DNA of 51,798 nucleotides. It comes from a virus (lineage: Duplodnaviria; Caudoviricetes). Positions within the stretch are counted from its first letter, which is position 1; every line of letters starts with the position of its first letter. Below are positions 36,805-46,930 of this stretch, piece by piece. The translations under genes and the position numbers were made by a program. Below the pieces are notes generated by a model, which worked only from the letters and a program-made list of their open reading frames with translations, was not told the DNA's origin and ran no database searches. The stretch is taken from IMG/VR virus record IMGVR_UViG_3300035322_000166, positions 1-51,798 of that record. One strand, given 5' to 3'.

Positions 36805-37779
36805 ATGTCAACTGTAAACGTCGGTGATATAATTACAGCAGCTCAATATAACGATCTGCAAACAAGAATACTTAAAGTGTTAGGTAATGGATCTAGTGAT
36901 TATGGTTACGGACAAGCTATTACTTCAGATGCTGTGGCAGCTACACAAACTATTCTAGCATCGCATATGAACGATTTATATGCAGACACAGTAGACGCTC
37001 GTACACACCAAACTGGCACAGTTCCTACAACTATTGCACAACTTGCAGTTACAGAAATAATTGGTGCAGACGCAAGTAATTCTCCAAATGAAACAATCAA
37101 AGGACATAACGATTATAATGCTGTTATTGGACAAGCTGAAACAAATAGGCTTGTAGCAGCAGCAGGTCAAATGAGTGCTGAAAATAAAATTACAAGTGTT
37201 CGCAGTAACAACTGGGGTAATAGTCCAGACGTTATTCAACATGTTGTATCTGTAACTTTCCCAGGCGGCCAGAGTACAAAGAATACTTCTAACGGTAATC
37301 ATACAGCAAGTGCTGCTGATCATATGCGTTATTTCTTTAACGCTGGAGGAGAAATACGTTTTAGTGCTTCTTTTGCAGGAGGTAGTGGTGCAAAGTTTAA
37401 TGACTGGAACAGTATGGTAACTAACATGGGTACTATTAAGTTTGGACGTTCTGGAACAACTGCCACAGGCACTGGTACAACTTCTGCTATTGGGTATTCA
37501 AACATAACTACAAGTTACCAGCAAATATTCCAAAAAGGTGGTAGCGGTGTTTATGCAGAAAATGATTATATCATACAAGCTAGAATAGTAGGAACAAACA
37601 CCTTGCAGTTTAGAATCTACTTCAGAGACGATGATAGCGGTGACCAAACAGGACTAGGTGCACCAGTTGACGAAAATGTTGGTAGTACATTAACAAGCAC
37701 AGTAAGTCAATATAGAGCAACCGGATCGTATGTATCTGTACCTACACCTACATATACAAACGACACTACGCTACAATAG
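36805..37779 (+). CDS. Putative virion structural protein
   Basis: Thr/Ser/Gly-rich; N-terminal GDIITAAQYNDL motif typical of phage structural proteins; last gene of the late block. Confidence 0.6.
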   Translation: MSTVNVGDIITAAQYNDLQTRILKVLGNGSSDYGYGQAITSDAVAATQTILASHMNDLYADTVDARTHQTGTVPTTIAQLAVTEIIGADASNSPNETIKGHNDYNAVIGQAETNRLVAAAGQMSAENKITSVRSNNWGNSPDVIQHVVSVTFPGGQSTKNTSNGNHTASAADHMRYFFNAGGEIRFSASFAGGSGAKFNDWNSMVTNMGTIKFGRSGTTATGTGTTSAIGYSNITTSYQQIFQKGGSGVYAENDYIIQARIVGTNTLQFRIYFRDDDSGDQTGLGAPVDENVGSTLTSTVSQYRATGSYVSVPTPTYTNDTTLQ

Positions 37780-37791
37780 TCCAAATATCTG

Positions 37792-37820
37792 TTGACAAAT
37801 CCTAAAAATTGTTATATACT
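37792..37820 (+). promoter_or_regulatory. Sigma70-type promoter heading the glyco-modification operon
   Basis: TTGACA (37792-37797), 17 bp spacer, TATACT (37815-37820), followed by AGGAG and the ATG at 37846. Confidence 0.85.
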
Positions 37821-37845
37821 AGTGTAAATTACTAGGAGCTCTCGT

Positions 37846-38190
37846 ATGGATGAACGTCTCGAAAAGGCATTGGACTTTTCTAATTATATGGTTACATTAA
37901 ATAATCAAAAAAGATTGTTAGCAGAACAATTTGATCAAGATATTATTTACTACACCCGAGGGGGACAATTTACAGTAACACAAGAACTGATAAGTTTTTG
38001 TCATACTTTATTTGCATCTGATCAAACGGTTGCAGTTTTAATTGATGACAATAATATTCCTATTGAAATTGAATCACTAGAACATTTTTTGTCAGAAATT
38101 AATTCAATATATTTTGAAGCATCAAACAAATACCTAAACGAATATTCAAAACTGAAAAAGAATAGATCAGTGGAGGGTATTATTGGATAA
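37846..38190 (+). CDS. Hypothetical protein (helical; possibly fibre-chaperone-like)
   Basis: 114-aa ORF with a strong Shine-Dalgarno; no catalytic motif recognised. Confidence 0.6.
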   Translation: MDERLEKALDFSNYMVTLNNQKRLLAEQFDQDIIYYTRGGQFTVTQELISFCHTLFASDQTVAVLIDDNNIPIEIESLEHFLSEINSIYFEASNKYLNEYSKLKKNRSVEGIIG

Positions 38191-39025
38191 GGGTGTTCTT
38201 ACGTTTGCGAGAAATAACTCACAAGTTGATTATATTAAACAAGCAGTATTTCTTGCAAAGCGTGTTCGTAAATATTTAGATTTACCTACTACTATTGCAA
38301 CTGATAGTGTAGATTATCTTGCGACTGCATATCCAGATTACAAAGATATTTTTGATCAAGTAATAGAACTAGATTGGACTGACACGCATGGTCTTAAACG
38401 TTTTTATGATGGTAGCATATCTGAAAAGCGTTTAGAGTTTAAAAATGATTCACGTTGTTTAGCATATGACATTTCACCTTACGATGAAACAATATTATTA
38501 GATAGTGATTATATTATTTCAGACGATACATTTAAGCATTGCTTCCTACAGGAACTTGATTTACTTATATACAAAGATGCATACGATTTAGCTAACTTTA
38601 GAGATTATTCAGAGTTTGAATATGTATCAGATACTAGTGTAGATTTTTACTGGGCAACTTGTGTATTTTTTAGAAAGACAGATGTAAACAAAATATTTTT
38701 TGAATTAATAAAACATATCCAAGAAAATTGGAGTTACTATAATGCAGTATATCAAATTAATTCTGTAACATATAGAAATGATCATGCGTTTAGTGTTGCA
38801 ATTCATATTATGAATGGTTATCAATCAGGTAACTTTGTAGGACATATGCCAGGTAAATTATACTATACAACAGATAGAGATATTTTATTAGATTTACAAG
38901 ATGAGAAATTTACGTTTTTAGTAGAAAAGCAACATCATCTAGGCGAATACCTTGCAATTAAGTTTGAAAATTATAGCGTTCATGTTATGAATAAATTTAG
39001 TCTTGAAAGGGTAATCAATGTCTAA
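38183..39025 (+). CDS. GT-A fold glycosyltransferase-like protein (GT8/GT71-like)
   Basis: SPYDETILLDSD carries a DxD motif; RND..FS motif; TTG start after GGAGG. Confidence 0.7.
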   Translation: MDKGVLTFARNNSQVDYIKQAVFLAKRVRKYLDLPTTIATDSVDYLATAYPDYKDIFDQVIELDWTDTHGLKRFYDGSISEKRLEFKNDSRCLAYDISPYDETILLDSDYIISDDTFKHCFLQELDLLIYKDAYDLANFRDYSEFEYVSDTSVDFYWATCVFFRKTDVNKIFFELIKHIQENWSYYNAVYQINSVTYRNDHAFSVAIHIMNGYQSGNFVGHMPGKLYYTTDRDILLDLQDEKFTFLVEKQHHLGEYLAIKFENYSVHVMNKFSLERVINV

Positions 39026-39851
39026 AGGTATATTAATGGTTGCACAAAACAGTGCTGATGATTATGTTCTACAAGCATGTTTATGTGCAATGAGTATTAA
39101 AGCTACTAATGATGTCAGTGTATCAATACTTACAAATGACCCTGTTCCGGACAAATATAAAGAGTTGTTCGAACATATAATAAGTATTCCGTGGACTGAC
39201 AGTGCAAAAGACGAAAACTGGAAAGTTCAAAATAGATGGAAAGCCTATCATGTAACACCGTACGATGAAACTATTGTAATGGATACTGATATGTTAGTAT
39301 TACAGAATATAGATAGTTGGTGGAATTTTTTATCTAATTACGAAATGTACTTTACTAGTCATGTAATGGATTATAGACAAAATGTAATTAACGATACATA
39401 TTATAGGAAAGCATTTACAAGTAACAAGTTACCAAATGTATATGTAGGTATTCATTATTTTAAAAAGTGTGATTTTGCACACGACTTTTATGGATGGTTA
39501 GAACTTGTATCTAATAATTGGAACTTATTCTACGGACACTATGTAAAAGAACATTATCCTAAAAGAATGAGCATTGATGTAAGTGCAGCAATTGTAACAA
39601 AAATATTAGACTGTGAACCTCAAATTACAAATGCAAAAGCAGCATTTCCTACATTTACGCATATGAAACCGCATCTACAAGGATGGAAAACTGTTACTGA
39701 ATCTTGGCAAGAAAGAGTTGGCGTATATTTAAAACCTAACTTGGATTTAATTGTAGGTAACCATAAACAAGATGGCGTGTTTCATTATACGGAAAATAAT
39801 TTTGTAACTAACAAAATAATAAAAACGTATGAGGAGGCACTATGTCTGTAA
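39018..39851 (+). CDS. GT-A fold glycosyltransferase-like protein, paralog of 38183-39025
   Basis: TPYDETIVMDTD carries a DxD motif; similar N-terminus (KGIL..AQNS..DY..QA); FTHMKP. Confidence 0.72.
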   Translation: MSKGILMVAQNSADDYVLQACLCAMSIKATNDVSVSILTNDPVPDKYKELFEHIISIPWTDSAKDENWKVQNRWKAYHVTPYDETIVMDTDMLVLQNIDSWWNFLSNYEMYFTSHVMDYRQNVINDTYYRKAFTSNKLPNVYVGIHYFKKCDFAHDFYGWLELVSNNWNLFYGHYVKEHYPKRMSIDVSAAIVTKILDCEPQITNAKAAFPTFTHMKPHLQGWKTVTESWQERVGVYLKPNLDLIVGNHKQDGVFHYTENNFVTNKIIKTYEEALCL

Positions 39852-40444
39852 TATGGGAAGCGCCTGCTGCAAAGGTTGGATCGCCTTATAGAGTTTACTT
39901 TGAAGCAAACACAGGAAATATTATCAGTGTTACTAATGATATTGAACAACGAGATGATTACCCATCTGTAGAAACAACTTTTGAAGATGTTGAAGATATT
40001 TTAACTGGTGAAGAATTTATTACTAGTGTAAAAGTTGTATACAATACACAAACAAAACTTTATGAACTTGATAGGAACACTTTAAATAACTATGTATATA
40101 ATATTAATGATTGGTTGTATGAATGCAATGATGATACAAATGCAGATATACAAATTATACAAGATTTAAAAAATACATGTTGGAAGTTTTATATAGGAGA
40201 AGAATTAAAGGCAAGACTAAATGAACAAAAAGTAACATTAAATGTTGATTGTCATTTTCATGTAACTGAAAAAAATAATCCTAACGTGTTGCACAAAACA
40301 TTAAGTTTTCCTTTATCGCAACTACGCAGCGAATTTTATATTGTACTTCCTTTTTCGGAACAGTATGAGTTTGACGGTGTACCTGTAAGTATATACACTA
40401 TAAGAAAATTTGACACATATAGCTATGAGGTAACAAATGACTAA
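39842..40444 (+). CDS. Hypothetical protein
   Basis: 200-aa ORF with a GAGGAGG Shine-Dalgarno, overlapping both neighbours. Confidence 0.65.
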   Translation: MSVIWEAPAAKVGSPYRVYFEANTGNIISVTNDIEQRDDYPSVETTFEDVEDILTGEEFITSVKVVYNTQTKLYELDRNTLNNYVYNINDWLYECNDDTNADIQIIQDLKNTCWKFYIGEELKARLNEQKVTLNVDCHFHVTEKNNPNVLHKTLSFPLSQLRSEFYIVLPFSEQYEFDGVPVSIYTIRKFDTYSYEVTND

Positions 40445-41366
40445 AAAGTTTAGAGTTTTAGATTATGATATTATATATTTGTCATATGATGAACCGAATG
40501 CAGAAGAAAATTATGCAGATTTATGTAGTAAGATACCCTGGGCTAAACGTGTTCACGGAGTAGAGGGCAGTGATGCTGCACATAAAGCATGTGCAGAACT
40601 AAGTGAAACTGATAGATTTATTACAGTAGACGGTGACAATAAAATTATACCTGAATTTCTATCACAAGAAATAGACTTTACAGAACATGCCGACTTAGAA
40701 CATAGTGTAATTAGTTGGTGCGGCAAGAATGTTATTAACGGATTATTGTACGGTAATGGCGGACTTAAATGCTGGCCAAAAGAGTATGTACTAAACATGC
40801 GTACACATGAAAATGCAGATCCAGATAATCCACATGCACAAGTAGATTTTTGCTGGGATTTAAAATACATCCAGCAGAATAGTTGTTATAGCAATGTCTA
40901 TAATAATGCAACTCCACAACAGGCTTGGAGAGCAGGATTTCGCGAAGGTGTAAAGATGGCACTAGATCAAGGTGTTAAGCCTACACAAGAAGAATTTCTC
41001 AAAGGACACTGGAAAAACCTGCATAGACTTTGGATTTGGTTAATGGTAGGTGCAGATGTACAAAACGGTAACTGGGCAATCTACGGAGCAAGAGAAGGAT
41101 TGTATAAAACTATGTGTACAGATTGGGACTATGTACAAGTACGTGACTTTGAATACCTTAATGATATATGGAAAAAGAATTATAGTGAAATCGCTGAAGA
41201 TAAGTTGCCATACGAAATTATGGGGCTAGGAGAAACACTTAAACATGAATTGGATATTCCTATCGCAACTGACCCATTAGATCCAGAACAAAGTGCTTTC
41301 TTTAAAATAGTATACCAAAATCCAAGCAGAAACCCTAATCAACAGTTTGTAATCGATCCAGAATGA
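40437..41366 (+). CDS. GT-A (GT2-like) glycosyltransferase-like protein
   Basis: DIIYLSYDEP, RVHGVEGSDAAH, FITVDGD (DxD), YGNGGLK and AWRAGFRE; paralogous to the C-terminal domain of 48416-50956. Confidence 0.72.
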   Translation: MTKKFRVLDYDIIYLSYDEPNAEENYADLCSKIPWAKRVHGVEGSDAAHKACAELSETDRFITVDGDNKIIPEFLSQEIDFTEHADLEHSVISWCGKNVINGLLYGNGGLKCWPKEYVLNMRTHENADPDNPHAQVDFCWDLKYIQQNSCYSNVYNNATPQQAWRAGFREGVKMALDQGVKPTQEEFLKGHWKNLHRLWIWLMVGADVQNGNWAIYGAREGLYKTMCTDWDYVQVRDFEYLNDIWKKNYSEIAEDKLPYEIMGLGETLKHELDIPIATDPLDPEQSAFFKIVYQNPSRNPNQQFVIDPE

Positions 41367-42727
41367 AATCAGAAACCCAACTCATAAAAGAAAACATGGA
41401 ATTAATGGACGACATAAGTCCAACATTTTGTTTAGCAAAATGGCACCATACTACTATCTATTTACATACAGGTGATACACATAGCTGTTATCATCCATCT
41501 CCGCATCATATACCTATCGAAGAAATTCGCAATAATCCAAGCGCACTACATAACACGTTAGAAAAGAAAAAAGAACGTGCTAAGATGTTAATAGGCGAAC
41601 GCTGTGTAGGATGTCAATATTGCTGGAATGTTGAAGATATGAAAGATGATCATATTAGTGATAGAATGATACGTAACCAGTCTATATATAAACCTGAGCG
41701 TGTAAAAGAGATACTAGACAACCCTTGGGACTTTAATGTAAATCCAGAATATGTAGAAGTTGCGTTTAGTAATGAATGCAACTTCAAATGTGGATACTGC
41801 CATCCTATGGCAAGTAGTTCGTATCATGCTGAAATTAAAAAGTTTGGTAAGGTTGAAGGTGTAAACAATCATGCATTAGACATTGACTGGTTCAAACCTA
41901 TGGCAGAAGATGACAATCCGTATATTCAGGCATGGTGGGAATGGTGGCCTGAACTTAGTAAAACATTAAACATATTACGTGTTACTGGCGGAGAACCATT
42001 AATGCATAAAAGCACTTGGCGTATATTTGATGAACTGAAAGCAAATCCCCGCCCACACATAGAACTTAATCTTAATAGTAATATGGGTCTTAGTCCTCGT
42101 ATCATTAGTAAGTTTGCAGATAATGTTAACGAATTACTAGAAGGAAATAAGATTAAAAAGTTTAAGGTATATTCTAGTATGGATTCATTTGGTAAACGTG
42201 CAGAGTATATGCGCACTGGGTTGAGTACAGAATTATGGGAAAACAACATGCGTAATTTTCTTAATAGTACAAATTCAGATCTAACAGTGATGTGTACTTT
42301 TAACATTTTAAGTGTAACAAACTTTACATTATTTTTGCAAAAGGTGTTAGATTGGCGCAAAGAATTTTATGATGGTAAGCGTAGACGTATTAGATTTGAT
42401 ACTCCTTACTTAAAGGAACCTTTGCAATACGATATGCATATTTTACCTAAAGAAGAATTTTTGCCTTATATGGATCAAATTTTAGATTTTATAAAAGCAA
42501 ACCAAGACGACAATGATATGACAAAGTTTAGTGATTTAGAATATGAACGTTTTCGTAGAGTACGTGATTACTTTGCAACAACCAGTTATAGCAACGAGCG
42601 CATTTTAGAAGGACGTAAAGATTTTTATAATTGGTTTACTGAATATGATCGTAGACGCAATGTAAACTTTTTAGAAACATTTCCTGAAATGGAAAACTTT
42701 TTTAATTTGTGTAGAGATACTGTATGA
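41363..42727 (+). CDS. Radical SAM protein with N-terminal twitch-like Fe-S domain
   Basis: CNFKCGYC (CxxxCxxC) and TGGEP; N-terminal CLAKW...THSCYHP...GCQYCW. Confidence 0.9.
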   Translation: MKSETQLIKENMELMDDISPTFCLAKWHHTTIYLHTGDTHSCYHPSPHHIPIEEIRNNPSALHNTLEKKKERAKMLIGERCVGCQYCWNVEDMKDDHISDRMIRNQSIYKPERVKEILDNPWDFNVNPEYVEVAFSNECNFKCGYCHPMASSSYHAEIKKFGKVEGVNNHALDIDWFKPMAEDDNPYIQAWWEWWPELSKTLNILRVTGGEPLMHKSTWRIFDELKANPRPHIELNLNSNMGLSPRIISKFADNVNELLEGNKIKKFKVYSSMDSFGKRAEYMRTGLSTELWENNMRNFLNSTNSDLTVMCTFNILSVTNFTLFLQKVLDWRKEFYDGKRRRIRFDTPYLKEPLQYDMHILPKEEFLPYMDQILDFIKANQDDNDMTKFSDLEYERFRRVRDYFATTSYSNERILEGRKDFYNWFTEYDRRRNVNFLETFPEMENFFNLCRDTV

Positions 42728-43725
42728 ACATTTTTATAACTGGAATTGCTGGATTTCTCGGAAGCCATCTAGCAGATAGATTTATCGAACTAGGACATAC
42801 AGTATCTGGTAACGATACTCTTATAGGCGGCTATGAAGATAATGTACATGAGAAGGCCGACCTATATAAAGTAGATTGTTGTGATAGATCACGCATGACA
42901 GAAATAATGAAAGATGTAGATATAGTAGTTCACACTGCTGCTACTGCACATGAAGGACTTAGTGTCGTAAGTCCTGATTTTATAACAAAAAATATATTTC
43001 AAGCAAGTGTAAGTGTTATTAGTGCTGCTCTTGCAAATAATGTAAAGCGGTTTGTGTACTGTACATCTATGGCACGGTACGGTGACCAGCAAGCACCTTT
43101 TACAGAGGACATGCAACCTAAGCCAGTTGACCCGTACGGTATTGCAAAAGTTGCAGGAGAAGATGTTTTAAAAGCTCTTAGTGAAACACATGGCATGGAG
43201 TGGAACATAGCAGTACCGCACAACATTGTAGGTCCGAGGCAGCGTTATGATGATCCGTTTAGAAATGTAATGAGTATTATGATAAACAGAAATTTACAAG
43301 GTAAACCTGCTATTATATATGGCGACGGAATGCAAACACGTTGTTTTTCCTATATAGCAGATTGTGTAAATTGTTTGGAGCGTATGAGTTTAGATCGATC
43401 TATTGTAAATGAAATTATTAACATTGGACCAGATGAAGGAACTATTACTATAAATGATTTAGCAAAACTAGTAGCAAATCAAACTGGTATAAACACTGCG
43501 CCTATACACATGGATGATAGGCCTAGAGAAGTAAAACATGCAATGTGTAGTGCTGATAAAGCACGACAACTTTTAGACTATGAAACTACTACAGATATTA
43601 AAACAGCAGTTGTGCGCACAACAGAATATATTAGACGCAGAGGAGTAAAACCGTTTGATTATACATTTCCTTTAGAAATTGTTAATGACAAGACACCAAA
43701 GACTTGGAAAGATAAGTTAATCTAA
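42724..43725 (+). CDS. NAD-dependent nucleotide-sugar epimerase/dehydratase (extended SDR)
   Basis: TGIAGFLG (GxxGxxG), YGIAK (YxxxK), NIVGP and GDGMQTRCFSYIAD. Confidence 0.93.
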   Translation: MNIFITGIAGFLGSHLADRFIELGHTVSGNDTLIGGYEDNVHEKADLYKVDCCDRSRMTEIMKDVDIVVHTAATAHEGLSVVSPDFITKNIFQASVSVISAALANNVKRFVYCTSMARYGDQQAPFTEDMQPKPVDPYGIAKVAGEDVLKALSETHGMEWNIAVPHNIVGPRQRYDDPFRNVMSIMINRNLQGKPAIIYGDGMQTRCFSYIADCVNCLERMSLDRSIVNEIINIGPDEGTITINDLAKLVANQTGINTAPIHMDDRPREVKHAMCSADKARQLLDYETTTDIKTAVVRTTEYIRRRGVKPFDYTFPLEIVNDKTPKTWKDKLI

Positions 43726-45014
43726 TGCATTTTACTTTTGAGCAAATAATAGACGAAAATGAATTTAATAATCTTATAAGTTGCACAGATGTAAATCCGT
43801 CTGGTATCAAAAGATTTACTCCTAGCCCTTTAGTAACTGTGCTATACAAATATATTAGACGCCATCATAATTTAAAAATTACATTTGGAACTACACCTCT
43901 TATTAGTGACGAGCCGTATATTATAGCATCTGGAGTTGCACATAGTCCTGATGGTTGGGCAGAATCACCTAACGGAAGCAAGACAACACCTTTTGATCAC
44001 TTAACTAAACAACAGAGGTATGATTTAAAATGGGGCAAGGCATACTTACTATTAGATCAATCACACGAAGGTTATCACGAACATTGGTTATGGGGATGGT
44101 TTCATGATAAGTGTAACAAATATGATATTCCTATACAACGTATAATATATGTAACTGGCAATATGAATAGTGCAGATCAATATAATGAATGGGCAACTAA
44201 TCACGGATTACTAAAAGAAGTCCGGATGTATGTTTTTCCTTATAGTCATTTTGAAATAGCAATGGCTAGTATGATACCAGAAAGTAATTTACCTACAGCA
44301 AAACAACAATTCAAATACAAAAGAAAAAATGCAGAATCTATAAAATTATACGATTGCCTACAAAAAAGAGCTCGAAATCATCGTGCTTGGCTATTTGCAA
44401 AACTACATAAAGAACAGTTGCTAGATAAAGGTATTAATTCTATGAATGAATTTACTTTGCAACGTGCATTTATGGAAGGACAACATTTACCTGAAGAAGA
44501 TTATAATTCAATCAAAGGTATGTTGCCTATGTATCCACCTAATGACAATGACGCTCATACATACGAGTCGCAAGACTGTGGACAATTTTTAATAAAATAC
44601 AACGAAGATATTATGTTACAGACATGGTTATCTATTGTAAGTGAAGCACACTATAGCGATCCTGATACTAACCATACTGTTTTTCTAAGTGAAAAAACTT
44701 TTAAACCTATTGCGTGTTCTCAACCGTTTATTTTGTATAGTAATAAAGGCTCGTTGCGTAGACTTCGTGAATTAGGCTACATGACATTTCATCCTTTCAT
44801 AGACGAAACTTATGATAATTTAGAAACATTTGATAGATTAGACGCAATAGTAAAAGAGCTTAAACGTATTGATAATTTTACTACAACAGAAAAACTCGAT
44901 TGGCTAAAAAGTATGGTTTACATATTAAGATACAATCGAAACCATTTAGAAAAGTTAGCAACAACCCCGTCTATAAATATGTTAACACAGTTTAGGAAAA
45001 TATTTTATGTTTAG
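43725..45014 (+). CDS. Putative glycosyltransferase (GT10-like C-terminal motif)
   Basis: SIVSE...FLSEKTFKPI...PFI resembles the (S/T)EK motif of GT10-type GT-B enzymes; glyco-cluster context. Confidence 0.55.
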   Translation: MHFTFEQIIDENEFNNLISCTDVNPSGIKRFTPSPLVTVLYKYIRRHHNLKITFGTTPLISDEPYIIASGVAHSPDGWAESPNGSKTTPFDHLTKQQRYDLKWGKAYLLLDQSHEGYHEHWLWGWFHDKCNKYDIPIQRIIYVTGNMNSADQYNEWATNHGLLKEVRMYVFPYSHFEIAMASMIPESNLPTAKQQFKYKRKNAESIKLYDCLQKRARNHRAWLFAKLHKEQLLDKGINSMNEFTLQRAFMEGQHLPEEDYNSIKGMLPMYPPNDNDAHTYESQDCGQFLIKYNEDIMLQTWLSIVSEAHYSDPDTNHTVFLSEKTFKPIACSQPFILYSNKGSLRRLRELGYMTFHPFIDETYDNLETFDRLDAIVKELKRIDNFTTTEKLDWLKSMVYILRYNRNHLEKLATTPSINMLTQFRKIFYV

Positions 45015-46035
45015 TAGCCAAGTAAAACAAATTAATAAAGATTTGGCAAAAAAAGGAAGAGCAATTGTTTCTATAGGCTGCTCGTTTGTACAAGGCCAAG
45101 GCGCAATTAATGATGAGATTTTCGATAATTATACTTTCAAAAATAATAATTTAGGCGAAGTACTTTCACTACAGACAAATGACAAAGAAATAAAACAAAT
45201 ACTTAATTTGTATCCTTCGTTATCTGTAAATCATAGTAATAAAATAGATTTTACTATGATGGAATATGAAAATTCTTTTGTATATCAGTTAGCTAATCAT
45301 CAGTATAAAGAGAAATATGTTCCGATTAACCTTGGTCAAAGAGGTTGCGGTAATAGAGCAAGTATAAAAGAACTATATTTTAACAATATTAACTGGAATT
45401 TTTGTAAAGAAATTATTGTAATATATTGTCCTAGCGGAATGGAACGATTTGACTTTGCCCAAGATCAAAGTACTGAACATTTTAGATGGATATGCATGTG
45501 GCCAAATAATCTTCCAGAATCAGACGGTCCGAGAAAAAAACTTTGGGACGGATACAGAGATTCAGTGTATTCTGATAAACATGCTATTATAGAACAAATT
45601 GCACATGTTCAAGAATTACTCACATGGTGTAATGCACACAATGCAAAATTAATTATAACTCCTGCATTTGATAGACGATACGATAAAGAGTATTTTCAAA
45701 ATGAACTTGCAATGCACGTTGACAGGCACGGCGGCAACGCATTAGGAGATTACAGAAACAAAAGAATGTTTGAACCAAAAAACTTGTTTGTAGATTATTA
45801 CTTAGAAATGTGGCCTTGGGATAAAATGTTTTATCCTTACGGGTTTGAAACGTTTGCTGATCTAGCAATTAATCAAGAACCTGATGTAGAAGATAAACGA
45901 GAAACTTATTGGCAATTCCAAGGAAATAGATCACCATTAGGCTATATCACAGCATGTTCTCACCCTGGACAAAAGGCACATGCATTATTTGCATCAGCAC
46001 TTGCTAAGTACATCAAGGAACTTAAAAATGGATAG
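45007..46035 (+). CDS. SGNH/GDSL-like protein (acyl-esterase or acyltransferase)
   Basis: Block I GCSFVQG, block II NLGQRGCGN, C-terminal HPGQKAH. Confidence 0.65.
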   Translation: MFSSQVKQINKDLAKKGRAIVSIGCSFVQGQGAINDEIFDNYTFKNNNLGEVLSLQTNDKEIKQILNLYPSLSVNHSNKIDFTMMEYENSFVYQLANHQYKEKYVPINLGQRGCGNRASIKELYFNNINWNFCKEIIVIYCPSGMERFDFAQDQSTEHFRWICMWPNNLPESDGPRKKLWDGYRDSVYSDKHAIIEQIAHVQELLTWCNAHNAKLIITPAFDRRYDKEYFQNELAMHVDRHGGNALGDYRNKRMFEPKNLFVDYYLEMWPWDKMFYPYGFETFADLAINQEPDVEDKRETYWQFQGNRSPLGYITACSHPGQKAHALFASALAKYIKELKNG

Positions 46036-46930
46036 TACAACTCAAGTATCTAACATTACTTATGAATTTCGTAATAGATATCTAGAGGATGGACAACCTA
46101 ATTGGGAATTTTCTCGACAGCAACCTGATTGGCCTGAGTATGTAAGAGATGAATTAAATCATCCTTTTACTAAATTTTTACCTGTTTCTTTGGATGAAAA
46201 CGGAAACGCGACTGATAATTTTTCACAAGGCGACAGTGAAATCGAATGGAAAAGGAGAAGACGCCATCTTGGCAAGGCCTGGCACTATTTTAGCAAGAAG
46301 ATACATTACAAAAGAAATGCTAGTGGATTTAGAACATATGAATGGCATGAAATAAACTGGAAAGAATGTATTGTATTGTTAGGTTGTAGTTGCACTTACG
46401 GAGTAGGTGTTGATGATTCTGAAACAATAGCAGAACAATTAGAAGCATTATGTGGTAGACAAGTTGTTAATTTAGGCTTAGGAGGCACCTCCAATCAGTT
46501 TATGGCATTTGTATTAACAAAATTATACAATCGCTTTGACTCACCATATGCTGTAGTTGCAAATTATACAACAGTTGATAGGAACTTATATTTTCACGAA
46601 TCAGACTTGTTCCATTTAGGTCCTTGGGCTGTTAACCATAAGGATAAACTTCCTTACGATAGTTTGTATCCTGTAAGACAAAAAGACTTATACTTTAATA
46701 ATTTTTATAATCCAACAAATGCTATGATGCAAACACGAGCATACTCGGATACTATTAGAGCATTATGTAAAGATAGATCAAAGCTGTTGAATATTACATT
46801 TTTTGAAGATGCTGCTCATGCAGTAAGAGCAGATAAATTTTTTACCATAGATAATGAGGCAAGAGACTGTAACCACCCAGGTAGAAATCGATATAAAGAA
46901 ATAGCAGAGTGGATAAATGAGCGACTATAA
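46028..46930 (+). CDS. SGNH/GDSL-like protein (acyl-esterase or acyltransferase)
   Basis: LGCSCTYGVG, VNLGLGGTSN and DCNHPG (DxxH). Start moved from 45980 to the ATG at 46028 behind AAGGA. Confidence 0.72.
   Translation: MDSTTQVSNITYEFRNRYLEDGQPNWEFSRQQPDWPEYVRDELNHPFTKFLPVSLDENGNATDNFSQGDSEIEWKRRRRHLGKAWHYFSKKIHYKRNASGFRTYEWHEINWKECIVLLGCSCTYGVGVDDSETIAEQLEALCGRQVVNLGLGGTSNQFMAFVLTKLYNRFDSPYAVVANYTTVDRNLYFHESDLFHLGPWAVNHKDKLPYDSLYPVRQKDLYFNNFYNPTNAMMQTRAYSDTIRALCKDRSKLLNITFFEDAAHAVRADKFFTIDNEARDCNHPGRNRYKEIAEWINERL

Noticed and set aside
31426-37779. Diversity-generating retroelement or invertible cassette acting on the fibres
   Set aside because: No reverse transcriptase, invertase, template/variable repeat pair or flanking inverted repeats were seen in this window.
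45980-46027. Longer N-terminus of the second SGNH ORF
   Set aside because: It would overlap the previous gene by 56 nt; the ATG at 46028 has a Shine-Dalgarno.
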